From Eledone cirrhosa (Eukaryota), in assembly GCA_964016885.1 (NCBI GenBank), contig OZ024755.1, positions 42,160,001-42,224,000 on the forward strand: 64,000 bases of DNA, written 5' to 3'. A program made the position numbers and the translations under genes. Under the pieces are notes generated by a model. The model did no database searches and was not told the origin of the DNA. It saw only the letters and a list, made by a program, of their open reading frames with translations. Positions 28,775 to 40,960 of this stretch are shown piece after piece (positions within the stretch are counted from its first letter, which is position 1; every line of letters starts with the position of its first letter).

Positions 28775-29533
28775 AAATCAATATGTTGATTTAGAATACA
28801 GGTCCATCCTTGATGAAGTCACTGCAGCGTTAGATGTAGTTAAGACTGAGTCAATTATCCTGATGGGAGATTCCAATGCACATGTTGGCACTGACCATCT
28901 GACATGGTGATTGGTGATTGGAAGGAATGGCGGCCCCGATCTAAATACAAAGGGAGAGACCTTGCTAGACTTCTGTTCTAGCAATGGACTCTCTATTGTG
29001 AACATCTTTTTCCAGCACAGAGACATCCATAAATATACAAAGTATATGGGGAATCAGGGACAGAAATCAATAATTGATTTTGTTATTGTCTTTGATTTCT
29101 TTGATTCTAAGCTGGATGTACGTGTTAAGAGAAGGGCTGAGCTGTCAACTGATCTCCATCTCGTTGTCTGCAACTTGAGACTAACTAAAGCCAAGGAAGC
29201 CCACAAAACCGGCAGGTCTGGGGTGACCTACAGGATAATGTGGGAAGCATTGGTAGATAAAGAAGTCAGGACCAGGTATGCAGATACTATTGTATCCAAA
29301 TTCAGAGAATTGGCAGATTTTACAGGCAAAACTAACCGGCAAGAGACCCAGGGGTAGATTCTGAGCAAGATAGTTGGATAATATCCATGAGCTTGGCTGG
29401 TTACACTTGGGGATCCAGCCAGATCAGTTGGAGGTGGTTGCTTCTGACTGGACCCGCCGGAAAAAGTGCTTGAGGACTCCACGACCATCTCAGGAATAAG
29501 TGGGCAAAGAAGAAGAAGAAGAAGAAGAAGAAG
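28775..29533 (+). mobile_element. Decayed RTE-like LINE (APE endonuclease fragment; (AAG)n tail)
   Basis: ILMGDSNAHVG, LLDFCSSNGLSIVN, KSIIDFVIV, STDLHLV; internal stop. Confidence 0.8.
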
Positions 29534-29685
29534 TTATGCGGCAAAGATGCTAAGGTCTATTGATCACGTGAATATTATTATATATATTTAAGTTAATTAT
29601 ATAAATGTGTATAAAACTGTGATCTCTTTAGATCCAGTAATGGACCTCACACAGAGCTACGTCCTCGGTGGCTGCCTAGTTGGCC

Positions 29686-29915
29686 TTAACCCTTTAGCAG
29701 TATTTAAACCGGCCATATCGAGCCAGAATTCTCTCACTTCTTTCTGTTAAAACTGGTCATAACTGGCTGCTCATTCTTATGTTAAGGTATTGTTCTCAAA
29801 ATAAATAATATCAAATCTCATAGATTCGATATTATCTGAGATATTATGTGAAATAAAGTATTTACCACGAAAATACAATATTAAATATAGAGTAATGTAA
29901 ATACTAAAGGAATAA
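29686..29915 (+). mobile_element. TTAA-flanked piggyBac-like MITE
   Basis: TTAA ccctttagca ... tactaaagga ataa (degenerate TIR); holds a single monomer related to the 72-bp satellite. Confidence 0.7.
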
Positions 29916-30170
29916 TGGTAACATCGATCTTGTATTTACTGTTTAAACTATTATAGTGAACGTTAAGTGTTCTGTGCAACAATAGTTCTGTCGTTTGCAA
30001 GTTCTGAATTCATTATGTAGCTAAATATATTGACTGAGAGAAATCATTATGATAGATTCCATAAAACAATGTTCCGCAATTCTTTAAACAATTGGAATCG
30101 TGCCATAAAATTCAATGAAAATTGCTTGCTGACATCATATTTCCGCCCCCTCTAATATTTCTCTCTATTG

Positions 30171-30224
<54 letters not shown>

Positions 30225-30251
30225 CTGTATGTGTGTTTGTGTGTGTGTATG

Positions 30252-30290
<39 letters not shown>

Positions 30291-30340
30291 TTATATATGT
30301 ATGTATGTATATGTATGTATGTATGTAGATATGTATGTGT

Positions 30341-30412
<72 letters not shown>

Positions 30413-30436
30413 GATTTTAGTCTTCAAATTTATTAT

Positions 30437-30467
<31 letters not shown>

Positions 30468-30472
<5 letters not shown>

Positions 30473-30555
30473 AAAGAGTCAGGACCCCAACGGCTGAGCT
30501 CCAGCCATTTCAGCAGCTAGATCTGATCTAGCTGCCGAAACGGCTGGAGCTGGCC
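30468..30555. mobile_element. Pseudo-LTR fold-back fragment
   Basis: Centred on gcagctagatc-t-gatctagctgc (HHR stem II of the 6160 family). Confidence 0.65.
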
Positions 30556-30634
30556 CTCTCATACGTATGTTAAGGTATTATCATAAGTATGAGAGACCCG
30601 GTTAATATCAAAATCTCATAGATTCAATATTTTG

Positions 30635-31627
30635 TGAGATATTATGTGATGTAAAACCTTTAGCATGAAAATACAATAGTATATATAGAGTAATGTAAAT
30701 GTTATGTGAGATATTATGTGAGGTAAAGCCTTTACTGTGAAAATACAATAGTATATATAGAGTAATGTAAATGTTATGTGAGATATTATGTGAGGTAAAG
30801 CCTTTACTGTGAAAATACAATAGTATATATAGAGTAATGTAAATGTTATGTGAGATATTATGTGAGGTAAAGCCTTTACTGGGAACATACAATAGTATAT
30901 ATAGAGTAATGTAAATGTTATGTGAGATATTATGTGAGGTAAAGCCTTTACTGTGAAGATACAATAGTATATATAGAGTAATGTAAATGTTATGTGAGAT
31001 ATTATGTAAGGTAAAGCCTTTACTGGGAACATACAATAGTATATATAGAGTAATGTAAATGTTATGTGAGGTATTATGTGAGGTAAAGCCTTTACTGTGA
31101 CAATACAATAGTATATATAGAGTAATGTAAATGTTATGTGAGATATTATGTGAGGTAAAGTCTTTACTGTGAAAATACAATAGTATATATAGAGTAATGT
31201 AAATGTTATGTGAGATATTATGTGAGGTAAAGTCTTTACTGTGAAAATACAATAGTATATATAGAGTAATGTAAATGTTATGTGAGATATTATGTGAGGT
31301 AAAGCCTTTACTGTGACAATACAATAGTATATATAGAGTAATGTAAATGTTATGTGAGATATTATGTGAGGTAAAGCCTTTACTGTGAAAATACAATAGT
31401 ATATATAGAGTAATGTAAATGTTATGTGAGATATTATGTGAGGTAAAGCCTTTACTGGGAACATACAATAGTATATATAGAGTAATGTAAATGTTATGTG
31501 AGGTATTATGTGAGGTAAAGTCTTTACTGTGAAAATACAATAGTATATATAGAGTAATGTAAATGTTATGTGAGATATTATGTGAGGTAAAGCCTTTACT
31601 GTGAAAATACAATAGTATATATAGAGT
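30635..31627. repeat. 72-bp satellite, left block
   Basis: gtaaagcctttactgtgaaaatacaatagtatatatagagtaatgtaaatgttatgtgagatattatgtgag, about 14 copies. Confidence 0.97.
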
Positions 31628-31864
31628 GGTTTCTTTATTTGCCACTAGGGCACAAAAGGTAGGGACAGATACAAGGGGGGAAGTTTACATATAATTAACG
31701 AGTACAAAAATATAACAATGAAATAACAACAACAAACGAAGTCCTCAATAGGGAGGGGGCATTAACATGGGTCGCACACACCCCGGAAAAAATGTGTAAC
31801 CCTTCTCCTCAGGAGCACAAAGAGTAGGTGCTTCCCTCGTCTCCTCTTTTTCCTCTTCTTTCAC

Positions 31865-34800
31865 CTACAGGCTGATATAGAGAGAAGACCCATTCACTCT
31901 GGCCATTCTCCCTACTTTCACCCACCTTTCATAAAACTTGCTGGGGTAGAGCACCTCTCTCTCCATTCTGATCCTTCTTTTAAAATGGTATTTGAAAAAG
32001 GGGACCAGTTGTTGGCCGGAGAGAAAGGTGTCTGACCTCAGCCCTTTCAGCCTCGTCCACCATACAACTTCTTTAGCCATGGCTACCACACAGAGAAAAA
32101 CCGCCTCTCCTTCGTTTTTGAAAGGGGGAGGCGGTTTGATCGTGACAATGGACTCGGTGGTCAACCGGATTGGTCCCACCCTCGACAGTAGTCGTTCCAC
32201 ATAGCCCCACAGGTCAGCAATGCCTGGGCAGTGTACGAATGCGTGCGCAACGGTTTCGTCATCATGCACGCATCTCGGACAGATCTTATTCAAAGGATCT
32301 CTACCCGGGCTCCCATGCCTGTGGAGCTTGTCTCGAACGGGTAGAGCCCCTCGGTAGCACTGCCAAGCCAGGGACTTTTGGAAGTTGTCCATCGGTCCAG
32401 GGCCAAACGTCCTACCGAACAGACTGGCCAGTTCATCTTCCTCCATGCCTAGAGCTTCTCCGAGAGCATCGTCGCACCTGCTGCGTACCAACCCTCTATA
32501 GAATGTCGACGTGGAGTCTCCACTGATTGCCGGGTCCGCTTTCCAGAGGGCCGTGAGCGCCTGGGCACATTCAATGTGCCAGTCGCCCACTTTTCTCGGT
32601 CTTTGCTTGACCCAGGATTGCAGCTCGGTGAGCGAGACGAGTCTGGGAAAGGCTCGCCTCACAAACGGGGCCCACACCGGTTGACCGGTGAGGAATACCT
32701 GGAGGTGCCGTAGCCTTAATGCGTGTTTACGCATCTGTAACCACGGCATCCCCAGCCCTCCTTTCGAAGGTTGTTGACAGCAGATGGATCTCCTCACCAA
32801 AGGGGTCCGCTTGTTCCAAAGAAATTGGAACAGCGCGCACTCCATTTTGGCGAGTCTTTTCACTGGGCAAGGCACGACGGTCAAGCGGTAGTAGATGACG
32901 GATGCTATATAAGTATTCGCCACCTCCGCTCGACCTTTCAGGGATAGTTTGCACTGGGCCCACTTCTGGGTGAGTGCAAACACCCTGGCCGTTACCTCGT
33001 TCCAGTTTTTCTCCACCTGGAGGTCTGGTCCCAACCAGACCCCAAGCAGCTTCACCGGGCCCTCCGTCCAGCGTCCGACGACGTCGTTGGAGGGCATCGG
33101 TTTGCCTCTCCATGTTCCGAGTTGCAAACCGACGGACTTGTCCCGGTTCAGCTTGGCTCCTGTAAACCTTTCATATTCCTCCAGTAAGGTGCCGATCTCA
33201 CCGATTTGCGAGGTTTTCGACACCATTACTGTCACGTCATCGGCGTAGGCCGACGCCGCTTTCTGCAATCCCGGTTCCAAAGGGATGCCCTGCAACCGCT
33301 CCAACTTCCGCAGTAGTGGCTCAAGAGCCAGCACATACAGTAGGGAGGAGAGAGGGCATCCCTGTCGGATGGATCGCATGATTTGGAACGGCTCCGAGAG
33401 GTGGCCGTTCACCTTGACCCTTGAGCAGACGTTGCTGCTGTGCATCGCAGCAATCCAACCCCTGAAAACGGGTCCGAAGCCTGCCGCCGCGAGCACCGCA
33501 TCCAGGTAACGATGGTCAACCCTATCGAAAGCTTTAGATTGATCCAAGTTGATCAGGGCCCCACCAAAGCCGGGTTCATTCCCTACCCTCTCTATGATGT
33601 ATCGCATAAGGTGGAGATTGTCGTGAATGGACCTGGACGGGATTGCGCATGTCTGCGCTTCTCCCACCAGGTTTCCAACGACAAGCGCCAACCTCTTCGC
33701 TAACACCTTGGCCAAAATCTTTAACTCTGTATTTAGCAGAGTTATGGGCCTGAAGTTACTTATGTCATCCCCCTTGTTCTCATCCTTCCTCACCAGCGTA
33801 ACTACGCCCTTGGTCACAGAACTGGGAATTCTCCCGTTCTGCTGCCAGTTGCAGTAGACCGCTTCGAGGATATCGGAGAACAAGTCCGGCATCGCTACAT
33901 ATAGCTCGTATGGTAGACCATCGAGACCCGGGGATTTGCGTTTGCCGCATTGGCTCAGCGCCGCCTCTATCTCAGCAGCTGAAATCGTCCTTTCGCAGGA
34001 CTTCGCCTCCGCGTCCGAGAGGCGCGGCAGACCGTCGAGGTATGGATTGAAATCCATAGTCTCACCCGGCGCGCCGCCCCTCTCGAACAGTCGTGCAAAG
34101 TGCCGCTGAAAGGCCGCACACATCTGCCCAGGTTCAAGGATCACACGCCCATCCTGGTCCTTCAAAGACCGAATCGTGGACTTGTTCCCACTTTTTGCCT
34201 CTGTCACTCGGGCCCAGCTCACAGCTTTGGCTCCCTCATTACCCAGAGCACGTATTTTACTCCTGACAACGCAGCCTTCATGCTTCACCTCAAAGAACTG
34301 GTTTAAGGCCATTCTTGATGCCAGCACGCCGGCTACATTGCCACTCCTAATCGCCTCTTCTACTCTATCTACTAATTCCCTTTCCGTCGTGTTCCTATCC
34401 CTTGCTAATTCCTGACTAAAACCTATCGATTCTATTCTAATTGCTCTCTTAAGAGAGCTCCACCACCTGTTGTTGACAATTGCCCCTGTCAAACTCTGCT
34501 TAACTAACGTGCTAATCCGTTTACTGTAAGCTTTGCTTCTCGGTAAGGACAAGTTCAGCTTCCAGTAACCGGGTCCCTGTCTATGGGTTCTATCAAGGTT
34601 GGCTATGCAGGTCACTAACTTGTGATCCGAATAGTCAACCATGAACATTTTTGGACAGCTAAATGTGTCCCTATCGTTCTCTCTAACTAGGACCCTATCT
34701 AGGTACGACCTAGATGTTCCACTACGATTGGTCCACGTCCATAGTGGTACAGTCGGAAAATCTAGTCGATATCTATCGGCCAGGTCAAATCGGCCGATTA

Positions 34801-35302
34801 ACCTTTTGAGGCTTTTACACCCCCCTCTATTGGCACATGCCCCTACATAGTCCCAACGTGCATCCAGGATACCATTCCAGTCCCCCACTAAAAGCAAGGA
34901 GCGGGACGTTCCCAGAAAAGTTTCCAGACGTTGGAAGTATTCCGGCCGCGCTGCCCAAAAAGGGGCGTACACAGCTATTAGTCTAAGGGCTCCACTTTCA
35001 CTACTGCCGACGTCTAAAACCACCAGTCGACCCTCCGGGTCCAGGTGCACCTTCTGTATGGCGAGGCCCAGGTGTTTTCGCAGCAGAACGACAACTCCAC
35101 CCCCACCCCCCGGTTGACAGAGAGATGCGAAGATCTCAAAGTCGTCGAAGAGGGGCGCCAGTTGGTGCTCGCTGCTGATCCTGGACTCGCAAATAGCCAT
35201 TACATCCATTCTATGCGACCTGAGATCGTTTAAAAGTTTGCCTTGTTTCCAAGACAGTCCCAGGCCACGTACATTCAGACACCCAACTCTTATATCAGCC
35301 AT
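31865..35302 (-). CDS. ORF2: APE endonuclease + reverse transcriptase + C-terminal zinc finger (1145 aa)
   Basis: LNVRGL, VGDWN, SYLDRV, SDHK, GPGYWKLN, SPGLDGLP, FRPITLLN, DQSKAFDRV, RQGCPLS, YADD, CPRC...ETVAHAFVHC. Confidence 0.96.
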   Translation of the reverse strand: MADIRVGCLNVRGLGLSWKQGKLLNDLRSHRMDVMAICESRISSEHQLAPLFDDFEIFASLCQPGGGGGVVVLLRKHLGLAIQKVHLDPEGRLVVLDVGSSESGALRLIAVYAPFWAARPEYFQRLETFLGTSRSLLLVGDWNGILDARWDYVGACANRGGCKSLKRLIGRFDLADRYRLDFPTVPLWTWTNRSGTSRSYLDRVLVRENDRDTFSCPKMFMVDYSDHKLVTCIANLDRTHRQGPGYWKLNLSLPRSKAYSKRISTLVKQSLTGAIVNNRWWSSLKRAIRIESIGFSQELARDRNTTERELVDRVEEAIRSGNVAGVLASRMALNQFFEVKHEGCVVRSKIRALGNEGAKAVSWARVTEAKSGNKSTIRSLKDQDGRVILEPGQMCAAFQRHFARLFERGGAPGETMDFNPYLDGLPRLSDAEAKSCERTISAAEIEAALSQCGKRKSPGLDGLPYELYVAMPDLFSDILEAVYCNWQQNGRIPSSVTKGVVTLVRKDENKGDDISNFRPITLLNTELKILAKVLAKRLALVVGNLVGEAQTCAIPSRSIHDNLHLMRYIIERVGNEPGFGGALINLDQSKAFDRVDHRYLDAVLAAAGFGPVFRGWIAAMHSSNVCSRVKVNGHLSEPFQIMRSIRQGCPLSSLLYVLALEPLLRKLERLQGIPLEPGLQKAASAYADDVTVMVSKTSQIGEIGTLLEEYERFTGAKLNRDKSVGLQLGTWRGKPMPSNDVVGRWTEGPVKLLGVWLGPDLQVEKNWNEVTARVFALTQKWAQCKLSLKGRAEVANTYIASVIYYRLTVVPCPVKRLAKMECALFQFLWNKRTPLVRRSICCQQPSKGGLGMPWLQMRKHALRLRHLQVFLTGQPVWAPFVRRAFPRLVSLTELQSWVKQRPRKVGDWHIECAQALTALWKADPAISGDSTSTFYRGLVRSRCDDALGEALGMEEDELASLFGRTFGPGPMDNFQKSLAWQCYRGALPVRDKLHRHGSPGRDPLNKICPRCVHDDETVAHAFVHCPGIADLWGYVERLLSRVGPIRLTTESIVTIKPPPPFKNEGEAVFLCVVAMAKEVVWWTRLKGLRSDTFLSGQQLVPFFKYHFKRRIRMEREVLYPSKFYERWVKVGRMARVNGSSLYISL

Positions 35303-35323
35303 GTTGGTTAAAAGAGGAAGGAC

Positions 35324-37168
35324 CTACCTGTTCGGCTCCTGAGGAGCAGGTTGCACAATATCCATGGGCGTATTGGAGGGGTTGTTTGGTGGGGTGTTGT
35401 TCTGTGGTGGAGTGGGGGTGTTTGGTGAGGTGTGGGTGGGGAAACGTTTCAAGAGGACGCGGTTATAGGGTCGAGTACATGTTTTCCCGACGTCCTCAGG
35501 AAAGTTCTCTCTTAGTTTTGCATAGGTGTCCATTGGGAGTCTTATCATTTTTAAATGCGGTTTGTTGGCCGCGCTTGCAAAGAATTGCCCTTCAGTTTCC
35601 ACCAAAGGGTCTTTGTGTATTGTTTTTACTAGTTCTTTGTTATTTGTGTTAATGTATGTATACTGTTTTATTTGTGTTGTGTTTGTTTGTTGTTCTTGTG
35701 TGTGCTTACGTTTTGTTGTATGTGTTATGTTTTGGGGTGGGGCGGATTTTGTTTGTTCTGTTTGTTTTGTTTTTGTTGGTGGTTGTGTGTTTGTTTCGTT
35801 TATGTTCGAGTGGTGCTTTCTTTTTTTCCTTTTTACAGGTTGGAAGGGTTCCCCCTCTTCGTCACTAGGTGCCGTTTCCGCTGGGTCCTCGTCCGTGCTG
35901 TCGGGTAGTGGTGTATTTTGGGGTTTTGTTGTATTTGTGTGTGTTTTGGGAGTTGTTTTGGGTGGGGCCGTGTCTTGTGTTATTTTTCCCTGTTGTTTTT
36001 GTTGTTGTTGTGGTGGTGGTGGTGGAGGTGGTGGTGGTGGAGGTGGTGGTGGTGGTAGCGGTGGTGGTGTGTGGGGTGTAGGCAAAAGAGCCTTTTTTTT
36101 TGTCAATTGAGGACAAGCAGCCCTTAGATGACCCCTGCTTGAACAGTAGTAACATATGGGCCTCCTACCCTCGGCTGAAATATATATAAATGTTTCTCCA
36201 TCGAGGGACACCCTCTGTGGTATTCTAGCTATTCGTTCTGGTCTCATTTGGACCAGAACCTCCACGCTCAAACCGCCGAAAACGTCTGTGGTGACTTCTC
36301 CTACTGAGAGGATTCCGTCCTCGTCTTCTAAAAATCCTGTTAGTACCCAGGAAATGCATGCATTTGGCCGGATTCCGGAGACCCTTATCTTCTGCGTTCT
36401 TTTCCCTAAATATGTGGGGAAAAATGTATGTAGCTTGGAAACAATTGGTGCCACAGAGTATTTCCTGGCCGTCAATTGATCCTTCATTAGGACCGTTATA
36501 TTCCCATAGAGTGGCCCTTTTTGTATGAACAATATATCACTCCACACATTTTTTAGGACCAGCTCAATCTCTTTTTGGGATAATTGAGTTGGTTTCCTTG
36601 TTATGTTGGAAATTGTTCTGAAAGATATCGTTCTTAGCGTCGTGTCTCTTTTGATTTCTTGTGGGGAGGTGATTGTGAAGTCTCCTCCTTCTTTGAAAGT
36701 TACATACTGTTTCGCTTCCTTCATCTTTTCTCTCAGAGTTGTAATGTCCAGTTGCTTGCAGGTTTGTGTTTTCCGGACCGCCTGTGCAAAGGAGGCACCA
36801 GTAGTGGGTTCGCTTTGTTTGGTGTTATCGTTATTTTTTCCTTGGTTGGTGTTGTGACTATTGCTGTTATTGTCGTTGTTGTTTTTGTCTGCGTTTATGT
36901 GACTTTCTGGGTTTTCACCCATTTTTACAAATTTTTCTTTTAATTCCGTGTTCCATGTTTCTTTTGCAGAAGTCAGGAGGGAAGACTTAGAGCCTTGTGC
37001 TTCTAGCTTCTCTGTATCACCTTTCTTAGGGGGCGTGGCTTTCACGTTAGGATGAGATGTGAAAATTCCGTCCATTTCTATTAGTTTGCCGTAATAAATT
37101 TTTAACTGGAAAATTCGCCCCATAAAGGGGCGAAAATAAATAAACTCAAAGTTTGACGACCAAGGCAA
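35324..37168 (-). CDS. ORF1: gag-like nucleic-acid-binding protein with CCHC knuckle (first ATG at 37123)
   Basis: CYYCSSRGHLRAAC knuckle, Pro-rich and basic tracts; stop 21 bp upstream of the ORF2 ATG. Confidence 0.88.
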   Translation of the reverse strand: MPWSSNFEFIYFRPFMGRIFQLKIYYGKLIEMDGIFTSHPNVKATPPKKGDTEKLEAQGSKSSLLTSAKETWNTELKEKFVKMGENPESHINADKNNNDNNSNSHNTNQGKNNDNTKQSEPTTGASFAQAVRKTQTCKQLDITTLREKMKEAKQYVTFKEGGDFTITSPQEIKRDTTLRTISFRTISNITRKPTQLSQKEIELVLKNVWSDILFIQKGPLYGNITVLMKDQLTARKYSVAPIVSKLHTFFPTYLGKRTQKIRVSGIRPNACISWVLTGFLEDEDGILSVGEVTTDVFGGLSVEVLVQMRPERIARIPQRVSLDGETFIYISAEGRRPICYYCSSRGHLRAACPQLTKKKALLPTPHTPPPLPPPPPPPPPPPPPPPQQQQKQQGKITQDTAPPKTTPKTHTNTTKPQNTPLPDSTDEDPAETAPSDEEGEPFQPVKRKKRKHHSNINETNTQPPTKTKQTEQTKSAPPQNITHTTKRKHTQEQQTNTTQIKQYTYINTNNKELVKTIHKDPLVETEGQFFASAANKPHLKMIRLPMDTYAKLRENFPEDVGKTCTRPYNRVLLKRFPTHTSPNTPTPPQNNTPPNNPSNTPMDIVQPAPQEPNR

Positions 37169-37286
37169 GGGGTTAAGGTATATTACAGTATAAAAAAATT
37201 AATCAAAACTCACTTTTTGAGTAAGTAAATCCGACTCGGTAGCCGAGCTTGTTCACACACGTCAACACACGTCTCTCGTATACGAG

Positions 37287-38741
37287 ATGTTATGTGAGAT
37301 ATTATGTGAGGTAAAGCCTTTACTGTGAAAATACAATAGTATATATAGAGTAATGTAAATGTTATGTGAGGTATTATGTGAGGTAAAGTCTTTACTGTGA
37401 AAATACAATAGTATATATAGAGTAATGTAAATGTTATATGATATATTATGTGAGGTAAAGTCTTTACTGTGAAAATACAATAGTATATATATAGTAATGT
37501 AAATGTTATGTGAGATATTATGTGAGGTAAAGCCTTTACTGTGAAAATACAACAGTATATATAGAGTAATGTAAATGTTATGTGAGATATTATGTGAGGT
37601 AAAGTCTTTACTGTGAAAATACAATAGTATATATAGAGTAATGTAAATGTTATGTGAGGTATTATGTGAGGTAAAGCCTTTACTGGGAACATACAATAGT
37701 ATATATAGAGTAATGTAAATGTTATGTGAGGTATTATGTGAGGTAAAGCCTTTACTGGGAACATACAATAGTATATATAGAGTAATGTAAATGTTATGTG
37801 AGGTATTATGTGAGGTAAAGCCTTTACTGTGAAAATACAATAGTATATATAGAGTAATGTAAATGTTATGTGAGATATTATGTGAGGTAAAGCCTTTACT
37901 GTGAAAATACAATAGTATATATAGAGTAATGTAAATGTTATGTGAGATATTATGTGAGGTAAAGCCTTTACTGTGAAAATACTATAGTATATATAGAGTA
38001 ATGTAAATGTTATGTGAGATATTATGTGAGGTAAAGCCTTTACTGTGAAAATACAATAGTATATATAGAGTAATGTAAATGTTATGTGAGATATTATGTG
38101 AGGTAAAGCCTTTACTGGGAACATACAATAGTATATATAGAGTAATGTAAATGTTATGTGAGGTATTATGTGAGGTAAAGCCTTTACTGGGAATATACAA
38201 TAGTATATATAGAGTAATGTAAATGTTATGTGAGATATTATGTGAGGTAAAGCCTTTACTGTGAAAATACAATAGTATATATAGAGTAATGTAAATGTTA
38301 TGTGAGGTATTATGTGAGGTAAAGCCTTTACTGGGAACATACAATAGTATATATAGAGTAATGTAAATGTTATGTGAGGTATTATGTGAGGTAAAGCCTT
38401 TACTGGGAACATACAATAGTATATATAGAGTAATGTAAATGTTATGTGAGGTATTATGTGAGGTAAAGCCTTTACTGGGAACATACAATAGTATATATAG
38501 AGTAATGTAAATGTTATGTGAGGTATTATGTGAGGTAAAGCCTTTACTGGGAACATACAATAGTATATATAGAGTAATGTAAATGTTATGTGAGGTATTA
38601 TGTGAGGTAAAGCCTTTACTGGGAACATACAATAGTATATATAGAGTAATGTAAATGTTATGTGAGGTATTATGTGAGGTAAAGCCTTTACTGGGAACAT
38701 ACAATAGTATATATAGAGTAATGTAAATGGTAAAGGATTAA
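37287..38741. repeat. 72-bp satellite, right block, ending in MITE TIR + TTAA
   Basis: About 20 copies; ends atgtaaatggtaaaggaTTAA. Confidence 0.95.
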
Positions 38742-38974
38742 ACATTCTAACAATCCACCAGACTATAATAATAACAATATTGTTGTTTGGTGTGTAGCAA
38801 GACATATGTAAAGGAAAGATATATTCACAGTATATTGAACTGATCCGAATCGACAAGATCCCAGACCCTATTTACTTAACGAGTGGGGTGGAACCCGTCA
38901 AATTGGGCCAAGGAAACAATGTTTCCATTGGTCTTTCCATTGTTGGTAATATCTACAGGTTGCAACTCCTGGAA

Positions 38975-39090
38975 GAATGAACAGCGTGAAATAAAGTGTC
39001 TTGTTCAAATACACAACATATCACCCGGCCCGGGAATCGAACTCACAACCTAACAATTGAGAATGCAAATGTCTAACCAATATTCCACGT
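38975..39090 (-). mobile_element. CORE-SINE fragment
   Basis: gtgaaataaagtgtcttgttcaa...gggaatcgaactcac is the reverse of the 3380 family. Confidence 0.65.
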
Positions 39091-40526
39091 GCCGTATATT
39101 ACTGGTATTTATTTCAAGGAGATGGCAGACAAAGTGAAACTCAGTAGAATTTGAAAGTAGAACATAAAGTGATATGACCAAATATGGTAAAGACAAATCA
39201 CAGAATCACCATCTGTGGCACTCTACAAGAATCTTTTAAAAAAGACTATCAGCAAATTGGTCGAGTTGGTCGCATTGGATGCCATCGTATTTGTTCAGAG
39301 TCACTGTACTATGAGTTTGAATCCCACTAAAGTCAACTTTGCCTTTCATTCTTCTTCTTTACCCACTTACTCCTGAGAGGGTTGTGGGGGCAGAGTCAGA
39401 TACAAACGTCTCCGGTTGGATCCCCTTTCTTTCGGGTCTCGGGATACGTAATCTTTGTGCATACATCTTATGCCTCCCAGGCTGGTCACAAGCCCACTGC
39501 CGGTTTTTACAGCATGAAATGGAAATGTAATATAATTTTCGAACAGCGCTCTCTAGCTTTTTGAGTCAATAAATAAAATAGCAGTCCAGAATAACGATGA
39601 GATGCTATGTAGTGTGATGCGACTCCGTGTTTTAAGGTATAAACTTTCTACATTTATCTAATTTCACGACTTCAGATTGAATATATAACTGTGGTTTGTC
39701 TTCTGCTTTAAGTGATAGTGAAGATGTATATTTTCAACTATTTGTATATTGCACAATGGACAGTGTTAAGAAGTTGGCTTTACAATCACAAGTTTCCAGG
39801 TTTGCTTCCTCTGCATGGCATAGAGGAAGCAAACCTGGCCTAAGTTTTATTAGTGAAATTTGCTATACCGATACAATTTAGAAACCCATTGAATGAACTG
39901 TACCTGTAATTCAAATGGCAGTCTGTGAGTGATGTGAAGGGTAGATGCATCAGTTGAATACTCAGTTACCCAGCTACTTAATACTTAATTTAATAAATAA
40001 AAGGGTCCTCCATCAATTTCTATGATCAGTGTTCTAGTTGTTCAATGAACTCCTTTTGCCAGGAGTTACGACTGGCAGATATCAGCAATGGAAAGACCAA
40101 CGGAAACAATGTTTTCTTGGTCCATTCCAACAGACAGTTCCTTTCATTTTTTCTTTCCATTTTAGAAAGTAAGGGTAAATTTTTGTGTGTGTGTGGGGGG
40201 GGGGGTTCTTACAACTTTCTTAAAGTACACAACAAAACTAGAAAACAAATAGAAAAGTTCTTTATAGATGAATATATAATTAGACATGTCTGTGAATTTA
40301 GAGGAACCTGTTAATATAACGAGTGAAACGATGAGAAAAGCAACGAAAATAAGCGAAATAATTCCTAAAACAAACGAGGAGCCCGAGGAAGGAGAGATAC
40401 TGAGCCACGACACACATTAATATAACAAGGGGTTAGAATGTCTCAGAGCATCGGATTATATGATTTGTAAACTGATATCAATAGCACATAGTGTTGGTAT
40501 GGACTGAGAGGACCAGACCTAATACA

Positions 40527-40960
40527 CTCTATCTGATGTTCTAACCACTCCGCCATTCTATCTGACGTTCTAACCACTCTACCATTCTATCTGACGTTCT
40601 AACCACTCTACCATTCTATCTGACGTTCTAACCACTCTACCATTCTATCTGACGTTCTAACCACTCTACCATTCTATCTGACGTTCTAACCACTCTACCA
40701 TTCTATCTGACGTTCTAACCACTCTACCATTCTATCTGACGTTCTAACCACTCTACCATTCTATCTGACGTTCTAACCACTCTACCATTCTATCTGACGT
40801 TCTAACCACTCTACCATTCTATCTGACGTTCTAACCATTCTACCATTCTATCTGACGTTCTAACCACTCTACCATTCTATCTGACGTTCTAACTACTCTA
40901 CCATTCTATCTGACGTTATAACCACGCTACCATTCTATCTGACGTTCTAACCACTCTACT
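40527..40960. repeat. 29-bp minisatellite (tctatctgacgttctaaccactctaccat), about 15 copies
   Basis: Direct tandem; the reverse strand resembles a SINE A-box head. Confidence 0.95.

Larger units (their letters stand above)
31628..37286 (-). mobile_element. Full-length Tx1/L1-group non-LTR retrotransposon
   Basis: Two intact ORFs, short 5' UTR, 3' UTR ending AATAAAgaaacc; interrupts the satellite. Confidence 0.93.

Noticed and set aside
37210-38856. 548-aa 24-mer repeat protein (also 30608-31645)
   Set aside because: The 72-bp unit is divisible by 3, open in several frames and derived from a MITE.
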